Part shown: positions 26,272 to 40,294 of the stretch, piece by piece
Numbering within the stretch: the stretch's first letter is position 1
How the letters are laid out: each line of letters begins with the position of its first letter
Assembly: GCA_951406725.2 (NCBI GenBank)
Contig: OX597822.1
Coordinates: forward strand, 117,676,001-117,740,000
DNA from: Octopus vulgaris
Taxonomy: Eukaryota
Direction: 5' to 3'
Length of the DNA: 64,000 nt
Notes under the pieces: generated by a model
What the model was told of the DNA's origin: nothing
The model's database searches: none
What the model saw: the letters and a program-made list of their open reading frames with translations, nothing else
Translations under genes and position numbers: made by a program

Positions 26272-26554
26272 TAAATATCTTTAAAATTGCATTTTCAAAC
26301 CTTCTTTCATATATATTCACAGAGAGAGAGAGAGAGAAAGAAACTTGCGGTTGGAAAGCCGTCCTTGAATATTCATTAAGCAATAATATGCGTTTCTACA
26401 CTTGTCTGACAATAGGCCTTTACATAAAATCATGTATATATTCAAAGAGAGAAAATATACAGAGACCATCTATAAATGAAAGGAAAATATAAAAGTGGGT
26501 ACATAAGACGGGAACTGCCTTTGCTAACATCTGCCATATCATAATTAGAACAGT

Positions 26555-26870
26555 TTTTTCAGTCATTTCACTGCGGCCATGCTGGAGCATCGCCTTTATA
26601 CGAGCAAATCGACCCCCAGGACTTATTCTTTGTAATACTAGTACTTATTCTATCGGTCTCTTTTGCCGAACCGATAAGTTACGGGGACGCAAACACACTT
26701 GCATCGATTGTCAAGCGATGTTGGGGGGACAAACACACACAAAAAACACACATCTATATATGACAGGCTTCTTTCAGTTTCCTTCTAGCAAATCCATTCA
26801 CCAGGTTGAACCCGGAGCCAGAACCATGTGGTTGGTAAGCAAGCTAGTCACCACACAGCCACTCCTGCTC
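26555..26870 (-). mobile_element. SINE family A (internal deletion)
   Basis: Reverse-complement match to family A. Confidence 0.87.
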
Positions 26871-27114
26871 CTATGTATTTGTATAGCTTCACTGAAATCA
26901 ACCGAAATATTGCAGCGACTCATCCTGGCTCATTTTTGTCAATTTTGTTTTTCCATATAATTATGTTAGTGTGTGAATTCTTACTAAATTATTTAGATAA
27001 TTAGAAAGACATATTAATTAATTTATTTCTTAATCAATGCAAATTTAAAAGTCTTCTTTCTCTATCTTCTCGTTTACTTTTGCAGTCGGTGCTAAGTTTG
27101 CGCGCGCACGCACA

Positions 27115-27171
<57 letters not shown>

Positions 27172-27320
27172 GTGCATTATCTAATAACGTTCGAACATTC
27201 CAGCATCTTATATCCATAGGCTTGCATCTTAACTTGAATTTACTCACAGTTTCAGGATGACGACCGGATCCAGGCTGTGGTGCCCTGGGACACCTGCCGG
27301 GCCCCAGAACACAGAACAAA
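27172..27320 (-). mobile_element. RTE-like LINE 5' fragment
   Basis: MDIRCWNVRTLLD matches the RTE APE start motif WNVRTL. Confidence 0.65.
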
Positions 27321-27504
27321 ATGTTCCAGAGACCTTTTTGCCATTTACTTCAGTATCAATATCAACTTTCATTGTTTACTTGTGCCTTTTTAAGCTTCGG
27401 CCAGCCATGTACATACAAGATGTCCATTTCTTTCTCCTCTCCAGCGACACCTGTGCTTGACACTTTTTAAAGTGAGGAAAAGGTTTTCACAGAAATTATT
27501 CCCC

Positions 27505-27872
27505 CCTCTCTAAACTAAAATCCCGCCGAGGTCGACTTTGCCTTTCATCCTTTCGGGGTCGATAAATTAAGTACCAGGTACGCACGGGGGTCGATGTAAT
27601 CGACTTAATCCGTTTGTCTGTCCTTGTTTGACCCCCCTGTGTGTAGCCCCTTGTGGGCAGTAAAGAAATAAGAAACGTTAGCACGCCGGGCGAAATGCTT
27701 AGCGGTATTTCGTCTGCCGTTACGTTCTGAGTTCAAATTCCGCCGTGGTCGACTTTGCTTTTCATCCTTTTGAGGATCGATAAATTAAGTACCAGTTGCG
27801 TACTGGGGTCAATCTAATCGACTGGCACCGTCCCCCAAAATTTCGAACCTTGTGCCAAGAGTAGAAAAGAAT
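27505..27872 (+). mobile_element. SINE family B dimer
   Basis: A long-tail unit followed by a short-tail unit. Confidence 0.88.
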
Positions 27873-28557
27873 ATTTACGTTTTAGAGTGTTAGGTGAGTA
27901 CAGAGCGTAATATACACTATTAAATAACAAAAGAACAAGAGTTACGTAATCCCTTGCATTAATTCATGTGTACACAAGCATCTACATCAATGAAATATAT
28001 TTGTATCAGCCTTATTTTTTAATTTCAGAAATCAAAGGAGGATTTTGTTCTCTAGATTTTGAGTTCAAATTATGCCACGGTCGAGTTTGTCTTTTACGCT
28101 TTCAGGGTGAATAAAATACGTATAGCTGAGCACAGGGGGTGATCTTATCGACTTTCTCATACTCCTAAATTTGCTAACCTTGTGCCGAAATATGAAAGCA
28201 GTATTTATTTCAGAAATCATTACGTATATTTGGTGGATGGTGGACTGGCGAATTCATCATTGCTATTTCGTTATCTTCTGAGTTGAAGATTTACACCTAA
28301 GAAAGTTGTCTTTCGTCCTTCGGGGGTCGATAAAAAGGTAGAGAAAAAACAGCTAATTACTACAGAAGGTTTTAATCGCCTATCATTTCTCTCTTATGTT
28401 AGAAATCATTATTTCTTCCTTTCATTATATTATAAATACACAAATCTGCATACTTACTCACACAGTTACATGGCTTCAATAAATACGTGGGTTTAAATTA
28501 TATTTTGCTGGAAAATATTTTGAAAAAACAAAACAAAACAACCGCATAGAAATTAGA

Positions 28558-28972
28558 ATTTCTTTATTGCCGACAATGGGCTAAACACAGATGGGACAAA
28601 CAAGGACAGACAAACGGATTAAGTCGATTATATCGACCCCAGTGCGTAACTGGTACTTAATTTATCGACCCCGAAAGGATGAAAGGCAAAGTCGACCTCG
28701 GCGGAATTTGAACTCAGAACGTAGCGGCAGACAAAATACCTATTTCTTTACTACGCACCAGGGGCTAAACACAGAGAGGACAAACAAGGATAGGCAAACG
28801 GATTAAGTCGATTATATCGACCCCAGTGCGTAACTGGTACTTATTTAATCGACCCCGAAAGGATGAGAGGCAAAGTCGACCTCGGCGGAATTTGAACTCA
28901 GAACGTAACGGCAGACGAAATACGGCTACGCATTTCGCCCGGCGTGCCAACGTTTCTGCCAGCTCGCCGCCT
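28558..28972 (-). mobile_element. SINE family B dimer
   Basis: Two head-to-tail units. Confidence 0.9.
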
Positions 28973-29647
28973 TACAACCGCATAGAAATTATACGTCATT
29001 GTTTCGGTGTCAGTACAACAGCTAGGTCATATCTTTTTTAGTAAATCTATTCAGTAATGTGCACTGAATTAGCCTAGGGAAGGTAGCACACCTCAATGAA
29101 TACGATTATAGTAATCAATGTTACGTTTCGTTTTGGCTGTTGTCGGTGTTGGCAAAGTGAAGGTAGTGTCAGCGCTGCTTCTATAATATTACGTGCGTTT
29201 GATCTTGATAGTTATACGAAACTTTTAGAGCAAGGTTAAGCTCCTTTAAATAAAACAAGCCTAATCAATACACAGAACTTGATCAATGTAAAAACCAAAA
29301 ATTGATCTGAAATTATCGATTGCTCTACATCAGTTTTCAAGCTATCCTCCAAACACCTACAAGAAGTAAAGATGTTCGAAATGCACACACATAAATATAT
29401 GCATACATATATACCCGCGTGCGAGGGAAGTCACACACAGACACACACACACAGACACACACACACGCTTGCACACACATAGATACACAGACGCTCACAT
29501 GTATGTATATATAATATTATTTAGTATTATAATTATATACATATTTATGTAGGATATCACATTATTACATACATTTTTATATATAACCTCTCTCTAGGTG
29601 TATGTGTATACATATATATATGTATACATATATATGTATGTGTATAT

Positions 29648-29866
29648 ACTCTCTTTACTCTTTTACTCTTTTACTTGTTTCAGTCATTTGACTGCGGCCA
29701 TGCAGGAGCACCGCCTTTAGTCGAGCAAATCGACCCCGGGACTTATTCTTTGTAAGCCCAGTACTTATTCTATCGGTCTCTTTTGCCGAACCGCTAAGTG
29801 ACAGGGAGGTAAACACACCAGCATCGGTTGTCAAGCAATGCTAGGGGGACAAACACAGACCCCTTC

Positions 29867-29912
<46 letters not shown>

Positions 29913-30077
29913 TACGACAGGCTTCTTTCAGTTTCCGTCTACCAAATCCACTCACAAGGCATTGATCGGCCCGGGGCTATAGCAGAAGACACTTGCCCAA
30001 GATGCCACGCAGTGGGACTGAACCCGGAACCATGTGGTTGGTTAGCAAGCTACTTACCACACAGCCATTCCTGCGCC
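29648..30077 (-). mobile_element. SINE family A
   Basis: Full-length reverse-complement copy. Confidence 0.92.
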
Positions 30078-30082
30078 TTATT

Positions 30083-30168
<86 letters not shown>

Positions 30169-30319
30169 ACCTTAAGAGCCACCAGATGGGACGGCTTTTG
30201 AGCTAGTATATAGGTTTTAAGCAACTGACCTCGAATGGGAAGATCTGCAAACAGATCTCTGTTTTGGAGAATTTGTTGCAATTGCTTCCTCCAGAGTTAT
30301 ATTCCAACGATATTCATAT

Positions 30320-30618
30320 TCGTCGCAAAAAAATCATGTAAAAAAAATCGCCGATAACAATCGCAGTAATGAAAACACTAATCCAAAATTTCAGGATTGC
30401 AGGTCCGGATTCGGCCCAGAATGTTTTTAATTTACTCACGGAGTTAGCCTTTAGACTATAAATGTTGTTATCGTATAAAAAAAAAATTGTCGCAAAACGT
30501 CACGTAAGGAAATCGCCGAAAGCAATTACAGTAATGAAAACTTGGGAAACCAAAATTTCAGGATTGTGGGTCCGGAATCGGCCCGGAATGTTTTTAGTTT
30601 ACTCGCAGAGTCAGCCTG
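30320..30618 (+). repeat. Tandem duplication, unit about 168 bp
   Basis: GTCGCAAAA...CCAAAATTTCAGGATTG...GTCCGGA.TCGGCCC occurs twice. Confidence 0.85.
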
Positions 30619-30706
30619 ATTCCAAAATGATATGATATGTTGGGCTATGACCTCTAGGTGTAAAGTTGGAAAAGTATGACACTCTGACATTCACATTTAT
30701 TATATA

Positions 30707-31067
30707 CTAGCAGTATCGCCCGGCGTTGCTCGGGTTTGTAAGGGAAATAACTATATAAGCATTTTTAGAGAGTTATAGCCAAAAAATGCATTAAAAATGG
30801 AAAAAAAATGATGGTAAATTTTTTTTTAAATCGTTGACTCATCGTAGACATTTTTAGAGAGTTACTTCCCTTATATAATAGCGAAAAAATGCATTAAAAT
30901 GGAAAAAATCGTAGACTCATCGTAGACGCACGCTAATACCCAGAAGGGCTCGATATGAATCACGACAATCAGATACCCGGTTTTGGTTAAACTGCACCGC
31001 AAAATGTGGGAGTAGTTAGGAATCTAAATCGTAGGAGACAGACACACAACTCTTTTATATATAAAGA
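30707..31067 (-). mobile_element. Non-autonomous Helitron, family H1
   Basis: Minus strand A|TCTTTATATATAAAA ... CCCGAGCAACGCCGGG hairpin, CGATACTGCTAG|T. Confidence 0.88.
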
Positions 31068-31088
31068 TTATATTATTATATTATATTG

Positions 31089-31278
31089 AGGCAGCGAAAT
31101 GCTTAGCAGTATTTCGTCTGTCGTTATGGTTTTGAGTTCGAATTCCGCCGTGATCGACTTTCCCTTTCATTCTTTCGAGGTCGATAAAATTAGTACCAGT
31201 TACCTACTGGGGTTGATGTAACTGACTTAGTCCTTTCTACCAAAATCTGAGGCCTTGTGCTTCCAGGAGAAAGGATTT
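31089..31278 (+). mobile_element. SINE family B, short tail
   Basis: Diverged match to family B. Confidence 0.8.
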
Positions 31279-31387
31279 ATTAAAGTTGAAAAAGTGTGAC
31301 ACACTGACATTCACATTTATTACATTATATATGTGAAATTTTGGGGGAAAATTGATTTCAATTAAAGTGTATTTTATAAATTATATA

Positions 31388-31485
<98 letters not shown>

Positions 31486-31884
31486 CGCATATTTATTAAA
31501 GAAAGCAAAAAATAAAACAAAAATGATAATGTTCAGTATGTTGGCAACAGGAATTTCTGTCAAAGAGACAGTTAAACAAAGTTGTACTTCATCTCTCTCC
31601 TTCTCTCACATACCCACTCTTTCTCTCTTTTTTATTATTACTCCCACTGCCACCATCAACACTACTACTTTTAATAAAACATCATCGATCCTCCCTAAAT
31701 TTCTGCGTCTCTTTCTCTCCCACTCTTTTTCTCACTCTGTCTGTCTTCACCACCGCCCTCACTGTCTCTATGTCTGCTATTACTCTCATCCCATCATGAC
31801 GAATAGTAGGAATGTCATTGAATAGCGAGAGAGGGGGTCTAATTGTAACAAAATGACACACAGAAGTTAGTTTTCATATTTATT

Positions 31885-31937
<53 letters not shown>

Positions 31938-32318
31938 GCATATACATATGGGTGTGTTGTATGCGTCTATTACTTTAAAAGTTGACAGTCTACTCGAGTT
32001 TCAAACCAAGGTGGGTCTCTACAGGTCTGTGAGGTATGAAAAACTGTTTAGAATATATCTAAGGGAACGCTTCTTGTGTGGGGTGGGCGCTGATAAGTAT
32101 CTTTGGAAACCGATTTTAAAAATGTAAAAATTATAATAGAAAGTTATTGTTAAGGTGGGATGACATCGAAACAGCCCCCCCCCCCTGGTTCCGAACTCTG
32201 AATAAAGTGTTAAAAATTTCATGTGATATGCATATCTCTAGTGGGCTGAGTTTTATATCAAATGATGACTGTCACTACGTACAATACAATCTACAAATCT
32301 TGCATGTAATATATACAA

Positions 32319-32357
<39 letters not shown>

Positions 32358-32380
32358 CATACACACATATTTATATACAA

Positions 32381-32417
<37 letters not shown>

Positions 32418-33348
32418 CTTATATATAAATATACATATATATGAATATAAATGCATATACATACATACACACCACACACACATATACAGGCAACTCGAGG
32501 ATGTTAGATCCATATTAGGGGGGATTACATAATTCAAAAAATTCCACTCGTTAATCACTACCATATAAGGAGAAAGTGTCGACGGTATGTTAGGGATTAG
32601 TGTAGTAATACATATTGTTAATCTTGAAAGAAAGAAAATGGAGAAAAATGGTTGTGTAAATAATTTATTTGTATGATATAAAAATAAAATTTTTTTTTAT
32701 AACAATACAAATAAATTATAAATTGTATAGCTCAAAAAGAAATGGCAGATGAGAAAAACCTACATATATGTTTCGGTTCATGCCCTAAGCTGATACGTAA
32801 TTCTAACCTCTTTTTATATGCATCCTTTCAAGAAATATGTTAACCTTTGTTCTATAAGCTCATAAAAACCCTGACGAGGTTCTGACCCATATAATTGAAA
32901 ATGATACCAATTCTTAGCCTGTAACAAAATGCTTAGAATTACGTATCAACATTTCTTTTTGAGCTTTACAATTTATATTTTATTTTTATTGTTATTGTAA
33001 AAAATTTCAACATCTTTATATCATACAAATAAATTATTCATACATCCATTTTTCTCCATTTTCGTTCTTTAAATATATATAGTAACAAAAATAATAATCC
33101 ATGCATGGAATTTATAAATATTTTAATGCATACCTACGCGCGTTTCCACAAATTGCATGTTTCTTAAGATCTTAGTCCATATTACTGGGATGCTTACAGT
33201 ACGGCCCGTAGTATCTGTGAAAATCGAGTGGATCATAGTTCATGCGCTCATTTCCTCAGACGATATGCCATTAACGTTGGAAGCCAAGAATATATAACTA
33301 ATGAATAACTGAAAGATGTTTATCAATTTCCACCAATGAAAAGGCTGA

Positions 33349-33660
33349 TTGGATTATATGAGCAATTCTGTGTGTATTTGGTGGGGAGGAGTCTACATGC
33401 TAGATTATAAGGTTAACAGGCAACTTCTATCGAAACCGTTATCTCAACAAATTCGGCCACAGAAGGCAGGCTTCAGACTAAATCGGAGTGATGTATTATA
33501 CAGATGCAGTATGAGAGTGTCGGCTGAACAACAGACTAAAGATAAATCCATCCGCCAAACGCTCATAGATGTAAAAAACACTATCAGCTTTTTGAGATAT
33601 TCCATACGATTCCAGAAATATTGCATGAAGCTATGCTCACAAAGATCTGGATAAGAAACA
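33349..33660 (+). mobile_element. Degraded LINE RT remnant
   Basis: IRPQKAGFRLNRS resembles the Q.GFR..RS motif. Confidence 0.35.
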
Positions 33661-34379
33661 TTTCACATACCAACAAAAAAACTTAGCATTATTCTGCTTT
33701 CTGAATAATTGAGGATCGTTTCGATATTGACAGGAAGTGTAACTGCTCAATAAATATTGAATAAACTGAAAGAATGGAAATTCTAAGTTGTTAAGTTGCG
33801 ATCGAAAATGTCACATATGTCATTCATCTGTGGAAGAGAATGCATTTATGAACTGTAGCTGCTCCCAAAATGTCATGTCGTTTGTTACGAATATAATAGA
33901 ATGTCAACTATAAGAAGGGCCATTATAAAACATTTTTAACGTTAAACGTATTAAAACATTCTAACAAAGAAAATTGGTGAAAGATTCACGTAGAAATTTT
34001 GCCAAATGCTAATCCACTAGCTTTATATAGATATGAATGGAATAAATAAGAAACATGTTCTTGTAGTATTGTAGCGGTCAACTTCCCAGTGAATATAACT
34101 ATATCATTCAATGTTAGTTAGAAAGAGAATATTTATACAGAACCGGCAGTTTCTCAACCCAGATGTATGTTACAATAGGACAGCTGGAGTTTTCAAAGAA
34201 AAAAAAAAAGCCGTCTAACGTGTATTTTGTATATTCAATATGCAAGCGGAACAGTAAAAATGTGGAAAGATTTTCTACAATACAGCATATAACGCTTTGT
34301 TGATTTCTAAATTCCAAAGAAGATGGATTCTTTCCTATATTGAAAACAACCTTTACTCTATTTGAACACTCCAGTGAAT

Positions 34380-34730
34380 TAAAAATGAGAGTATGATACA
34401 TACATATGATTCGGCACTATGCTGTCGCCAAAACAATTTCCAATGCCACCCGCAAAAAAAGATTGTCCTAAAATGAACTTAGAAAATCTCTTTGTTATGG
34501 AATACATTCACAAACATCAACTCAAGGAATACTGGTGGAATGTTCCCATCAAAACATCTGTCAAATGTAAACACAACAGATCGGATATTGTTGTTTGGGA
34601 CAGAGGGGCAAATGTATGTACTACCAATGAGGTTAGTTACCCTGCAGATATAAATATCTCATTGGAAATCGAAAAAAAAGAGGATATCTATAGACAACTG
34701 CTCCGAAACCTACAGCTTCTATATCCAGAC
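34380..34730 (+). mobile_element. RLE-type LINE remnant (endonuclease region)
   Basis: EYWWNVPIKTSVKCKHNRSDIVVWD...EVSYPADINI...KEDIY...LQLLYP resembles the PD-(D/E)xK RLE domain. Confidence 0.72.
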
Positions 34731-35214
34731 ATACATACATACATACATACATACATACATACACACATACATACATTCATACATACATTAATACATACAT
34801 TCATACATACATACATACGTACATACGTACATACAAACAAAAATACCCTGTTGTTGCTGTTGAAATTCCAATGAAGGAACCTTGGATCTAGGTTAGAAAC
34901 CGGCTCTTTCTCTATTGATAAGAAATCTGGAAATAAAACTGAATGACATACATATATACATACATGGCGGTTGTTGACTGAAAGACGAGTATGACTAAAG
35001 CTGACAAATTATCTTATCCCAGATGTTAAAGACAAATTGCTATAAGAAATGCTTGCACAGAAATTTAAGGTGGATAACAGCTTGCACAACATTCTAAGAC
35101 TAGCAGCATCACAACTATTAAGTCCAGAAAGAAATAAGAGAAAGATTTCCAGCTTTGCAATAATGTGTGGGTTATTTTAGGAATTCTCTCTCCGAGAGTC
35201 TAAACAAGACGAGG

Positions 35215-35405
35215 GATATCTCACTCCCGGTTGTTGGATGGCCGTCCAGTCAACTATCATTTGATAGGTTTTGTTTTTCTCTCTGCAAGGTGTTCAATGA
35301 AAACCATCCTCCTTAACAAATAGACTTAGTGAATTTATAGTTTAGTATCCCACGGCTCGACCCTGGTACAGATTGTACCGGGTTCCAGGATACCAGTAGC
35401 ACAAA
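35215..35405 (-). mobile_element. Second, diverged copy of the 12.4 kb repeat
   Basis: Shared motifs in the same order. Confidence 0.5.
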
Positions 35406-35490
35406 GGATAACTTGAAACAACGTACATACACACATGTATACACACACGCACATGCACTCATACACAAAGGCACACAGATAATTATGAAG

Positions 35491-35528
<38 letters not shown>

Positions 35529-35582
35529 TTATATATACACATATACACACATACATACATATGCATATATATATATATATGA

Positions 35583-35805
35583 AGGCGGCGAGCTGGCAGA
35601 AACGTTAGCACGCCGGGCGAAATGCGTAGCTGTATTTCGTCTGCCGTTACGTTCTGAGTTCAAATTCCGCCGAGGTCGACTTTGCCTTTCATCCTTTCGG
35701 GGTCGATAAATTAAGTACCAGTTACACACTGGGGTCGACTTAATCTGTTTGTCTGTCCTTGTTTGTCCTCTCTGTGTGTAGCCCCTTGTGGGTAGTAAAG
35801 AAATA
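35583..35805 (+). mobile_element. SINE family B monomer in (TA)n
   Basis: Full-length match. Confidence 0.9.
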
Positions 35806-35899
35806 TATATATATATATACATATATTGATATAGATATACATACATATATGTGGATAAAATATATGTATACATACATTTGGATTTTCAACAATGAAAAT

Positions 35900-36760
35900 A
35901 TCAGCATAGCACTCAACAAGCTCAGCAATTCTTAGGGATCATCAGTGACCCGACCTGTGCGGGGATTGTAAAGAGGGTCAACTGGAGAGTGAGTTTTCTG
36001 CTCCGAACGTACATATTTCCTGAACATTTGGTGTTAGGACTAGTTGCTATACGCTGTTCGAACTCAAGCACTGCCGTTTTGTTATTTGCTTGAGATGGTT
36101 AGATGATCTATTGCATGTTTTTTTTTTGTCGTCTGTTCTACGTAGTCTATATTTCTGTTCGGCATCACGACGATTTCTCCTGACAAGGCGAGCCGCTGCA
36201 GTTTCCCAAATTACACTTTTGGGATTTGTAGAGCTTCTGCGCAGTACTGATGCTTCACATGTGGCCCAGGTTGCACTGGGGGTATTTTGAAATACAATAT
36301 TGACGTTTCCGGAATCAAAAAATTCAAACCAGTTTGGGCGTTGTATCTCATCACGGTAACAGTTCTAGTCTACTTTGTTCCAGTCAAAGTGAGTGGTTCG
36401 GAGGTAGTGATGCTTCTTGAATCTGCCCATAAGAGACAGAATAGCAATAATCATAGCATGATCAGTGTCAGTCAATTTCAGTGTAGTCGAAGTCACCAGC
36501 AATGAAAACGTAAGTGGCTGTTACGTGAAGATTTCAAAATGCTGTGTGTTTTGATGGCAATTGGTGGCCGATAGACAACTCCAAGTAGCAGAGTTGACAC
36601 GCCTATGCATAATTCGCAAAACAGTGCCTGGTGTTGTGATTGGTTCAAATCCTCACAAGGGATTCCTGGTACAGAATTTGTAAGGTGATTGTGTTGCAGA
36701 TAAGAACATTGTTACTCGACTCCTTCCAGTGGGTCCTTTTGCACAGTTTAGTGACTATGC
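35900..36760 (-). mobile_element. Degraded LINE APE endonuclease remnant
   Basis: LLLGVVYRPP and AGDFD on the minus strand; heavily frameshifted. Confidence 0.6.
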
Positions 36761-37988
36761 AGTCTAATATTTTTTGTAGTGTGTGTGTGTGAGAGGGGGG
36801 AGGGGTAATTGCATACAAATCTCAAACTGCTACTTGTTTATTTTTTGTGAGATAAACATTCATTGCATTTCTAATTAAATATTCAAATCTCTACCACAGT
36901 TTACTTTTAATTAGACAAGGTATACAGACATGAATGCTTGCTTGCATGCTATCACGCATGCAGTCACCCACATGCACACACTCCGCGCCTCAAACCTTGA
37001 TAATTTTAACACAACCTATATGAATAATATATCTTCTTAAAGAACACTTATTCCTCGATAGAAACCATTATATCGAGTCGTGAGTAGGTATAACAAAGCA
37101 GACGAATGAAAGCTTTTCCATTCTAAATCTACGACACGCTGAGACACCATCAAAATTGTTTCAAAATTAAAGAATAATTGGAATTACATAGACTTTTTCT
37201 ATAGTTTCGGTGCCAGCTATTAGTAACAGCTCTCACTTGTCAAATCTGTTGACGATAATTGCCATACGGTAATCTATGCAATCATTTAAAATATTTTTGC
37301 AACTCTTTTTCTGCTTCACTTGTATCTTTAATTATATTCTCAACTTCTGGCAAGATTTTTCTTCTTTGTTTTTTCTAATATGTTTCCTGCCCATCAGCAT
37401 AAATGTTTAATGTTTTTCAACATTAATTTGACGCTTCTTTGTCAGGCTACAATATCGAGTTAAAACCAATCTTCTCACATCGAAGAAATGCAGTAATAAC
37501 AGCAGCAATAATGACTGTAAATTTGAATAAAGATTAATTTATTTCAATAATTTGACTAATAATTAAAGAAAAATTTAATCCTTCAATAATGTATCAGTTG
37601 TTAGGAACTTTAGATTCACTGAATATATAATTAAAATTATGGTCAGAAATGCTTCTAGGCAATTGTTAATCAGATAAAGAAATATTAACGAAATGGCGTC
37701 TCATGACTTCAGATTTTAAGGGTTTCTTACACAAATTATATAAATTTCTTGTAAAGCTGGCGATGGCGATGGTTAAAGCCAACATAACACCGAACTAAAT
37801 GCTTTTATTATTTTGTCCAATTTTGTCACATTTGGAATTCAAAACTCACTTATACCGACCATGCATTTCATCACAACGCTTTCCACCAATAGCAACTCGT
37901 AGTACAGAAAATTCTATTCAAATGAGTATAACCATATTTTATTAAAAATCAGTTTAGTGATGAATCAGAAGGAATTTATATATCATAA

Positions 37989-38388
37989 CTAGCAGTATCG
38001 CCCAGCGTTGCTCGAGCTTGTTTTCTTTCCGACCCTTTAGAATTGGAATTTTTGAAAAGTAAAACTTTTGCATTATGTAGCTTGTTATTCTCTTTAAGTG
38101 AGCATTTTTCTGGTTGAAATACACCGAAAAATTGGCGACACAGCAGTAAAAGAATCGTAAAAAATAGGGATTTTCATAGAAAAAAAGCACCTTTTTGATG
38201 TAAATAATTTTTGGTGTTAACATGGTCCGATTTGAATTTTTTCTTCTACGGAATGAAGAAACAAGCCTTCTTCTATCATACTCTCAATTTTGGTCAACTT
38301 GCACCGCAGGGTCTCGAAGGAGATAGTGTTAGTTGAAAGCTACCAAACCTGCCACACACAAACAACTTCAGCTTTATATATATAAAGA
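37989..38388 (-). mobile_element. Non-autonomous Helitron, family H2
   Basis: 3' hairpin and CTAG|T; 5' TCTTTATATATA; near-identical to the 42.4 kb copy. Confidence 0.85.
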
Positions 38389-38902
38389 GAATGTGTGGTT
38401 GGCGTTGTCGATCAATGTAAACAATAGTCAGGGAAAGATCACTGCGTTGTTTCAACTCACTACAAAAATCAGTCCATTTCAGCGGCGTCGTTAATGTCCT
38501 TAACAAAAGTATGAATGTCACATGCACAAACATCACCATTCCGTACACATTTACTTTACGACTAACAATCAAATCGAATCTGCTGAAAGACGTCAGCAAA
38601 TTCTGATATTGAAACAAGAACAAACGTTTGTACATTGGTACAATATTCGATTGCGTTGAGCCTGGGGTGTTTTTGCTATTATATTATGTATTTCAGAATG
38701 AGAGAAACCAAAATCGAACATCAATAGACAATAATAAACGTTGTAAGACATCTAGTCCGGCGTCTGCTTGTTTCTACTACATGGACACTTTCATTTCTTT
38801 AAATAATTCATCTTTGTTAGAATAGCATTTGTATATTTTTATCAGTCGATAGTTGCACGCAGGCATACACACAAACACTCGTAACTGAATACATATGTAT
38901 CA

Positions 38903-39221
<319 letters not shown>

Positions 39222-39520
39222 ACCGGGTGCCGCAAAAGGCCCTCCGGCTCCATTGTTCTGCTTAAAATTTTCAAGTCAAACTCGCAGACCGATGAGGTTG
39301 CACCGGTCCAAACATGACGCAAGTGGGAAAGCAAAAACGAAAACATCAGTTACATGAAAGCAGTGTTAGCGCCTGCTTAACTTCGCTGGCGGCGGGGAGC
39401 AGCAGGAGAATCGATGGAAGGTTTTGGATGTCACTTTCCTCCGTTTGCCTATGCACTCGTACGTGTGTGTGTGTGTGTGTGTGCGTGTGTGTGTGCGTGC
39501 GTGTGTGTGTGTATACATAT

Positions 39521-39553
<33 letters not shown>

Positions 39554-39584
39554 CTGTATATATATATTATATATTTTCATTCAT

Positions 39585-39644
39585 ATAGATTGATAGATAG
39601 ATAGATACGTAGATAGATAGATAGATAGACAAAGAGAGAGATAG

Positions 39645-39697
<53 letters not shown>

Positions 39698-39789
39698 GAT
39701 AGACAGACATATAGATAGATAGATAGACAGGTAGATAGATAGAAAGACAGATAAATAGATAGAAAGATAGATATGTAGATATATAGATT

Positions 39790-39853
<64 letters not shown>

Positions 39854-39855
39854 TC

Positions 39856-39903
<48 letters not shown>

Positions 39904-40003
39904 TAGATAGATAGATAGACAGACATATAGATAGATAGATAGAGGTAGATAGATAGAAAGACAGATAAATAGATAGAAAGATAGATATGTAGATATATAG
40001 ATT

Positions 40004-40084
<81 letters not shown>

Positions 40085-40087
40085 ATC

Positions 40088-40124
<37 letters not shown>

Positions 40125-40130
40125 GTAGGT
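39585..40130. repeat. (GATA)n microsatellite with higher-order duplication
   Basis: The variant block GAAAGACAGATAAATAGATAGAAAGATAGATATGTAGATATATAGATTG occurs twice. Confidence 0.95.
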
Positions 40131-40294
40131 AGAATTAGTGAGAAACACATAGATGGGAACAAGAGAGGTTTCATGGTTGGAAGAGCAAGAGCAAATTACG
40201 TGATAATGATTAAAAGTAACGTTTAAATATGCGTTTGTAAGGGGGATAGAAGAAAACGCATATATTTACATAAATGTAAATCTGCATGTATTAC

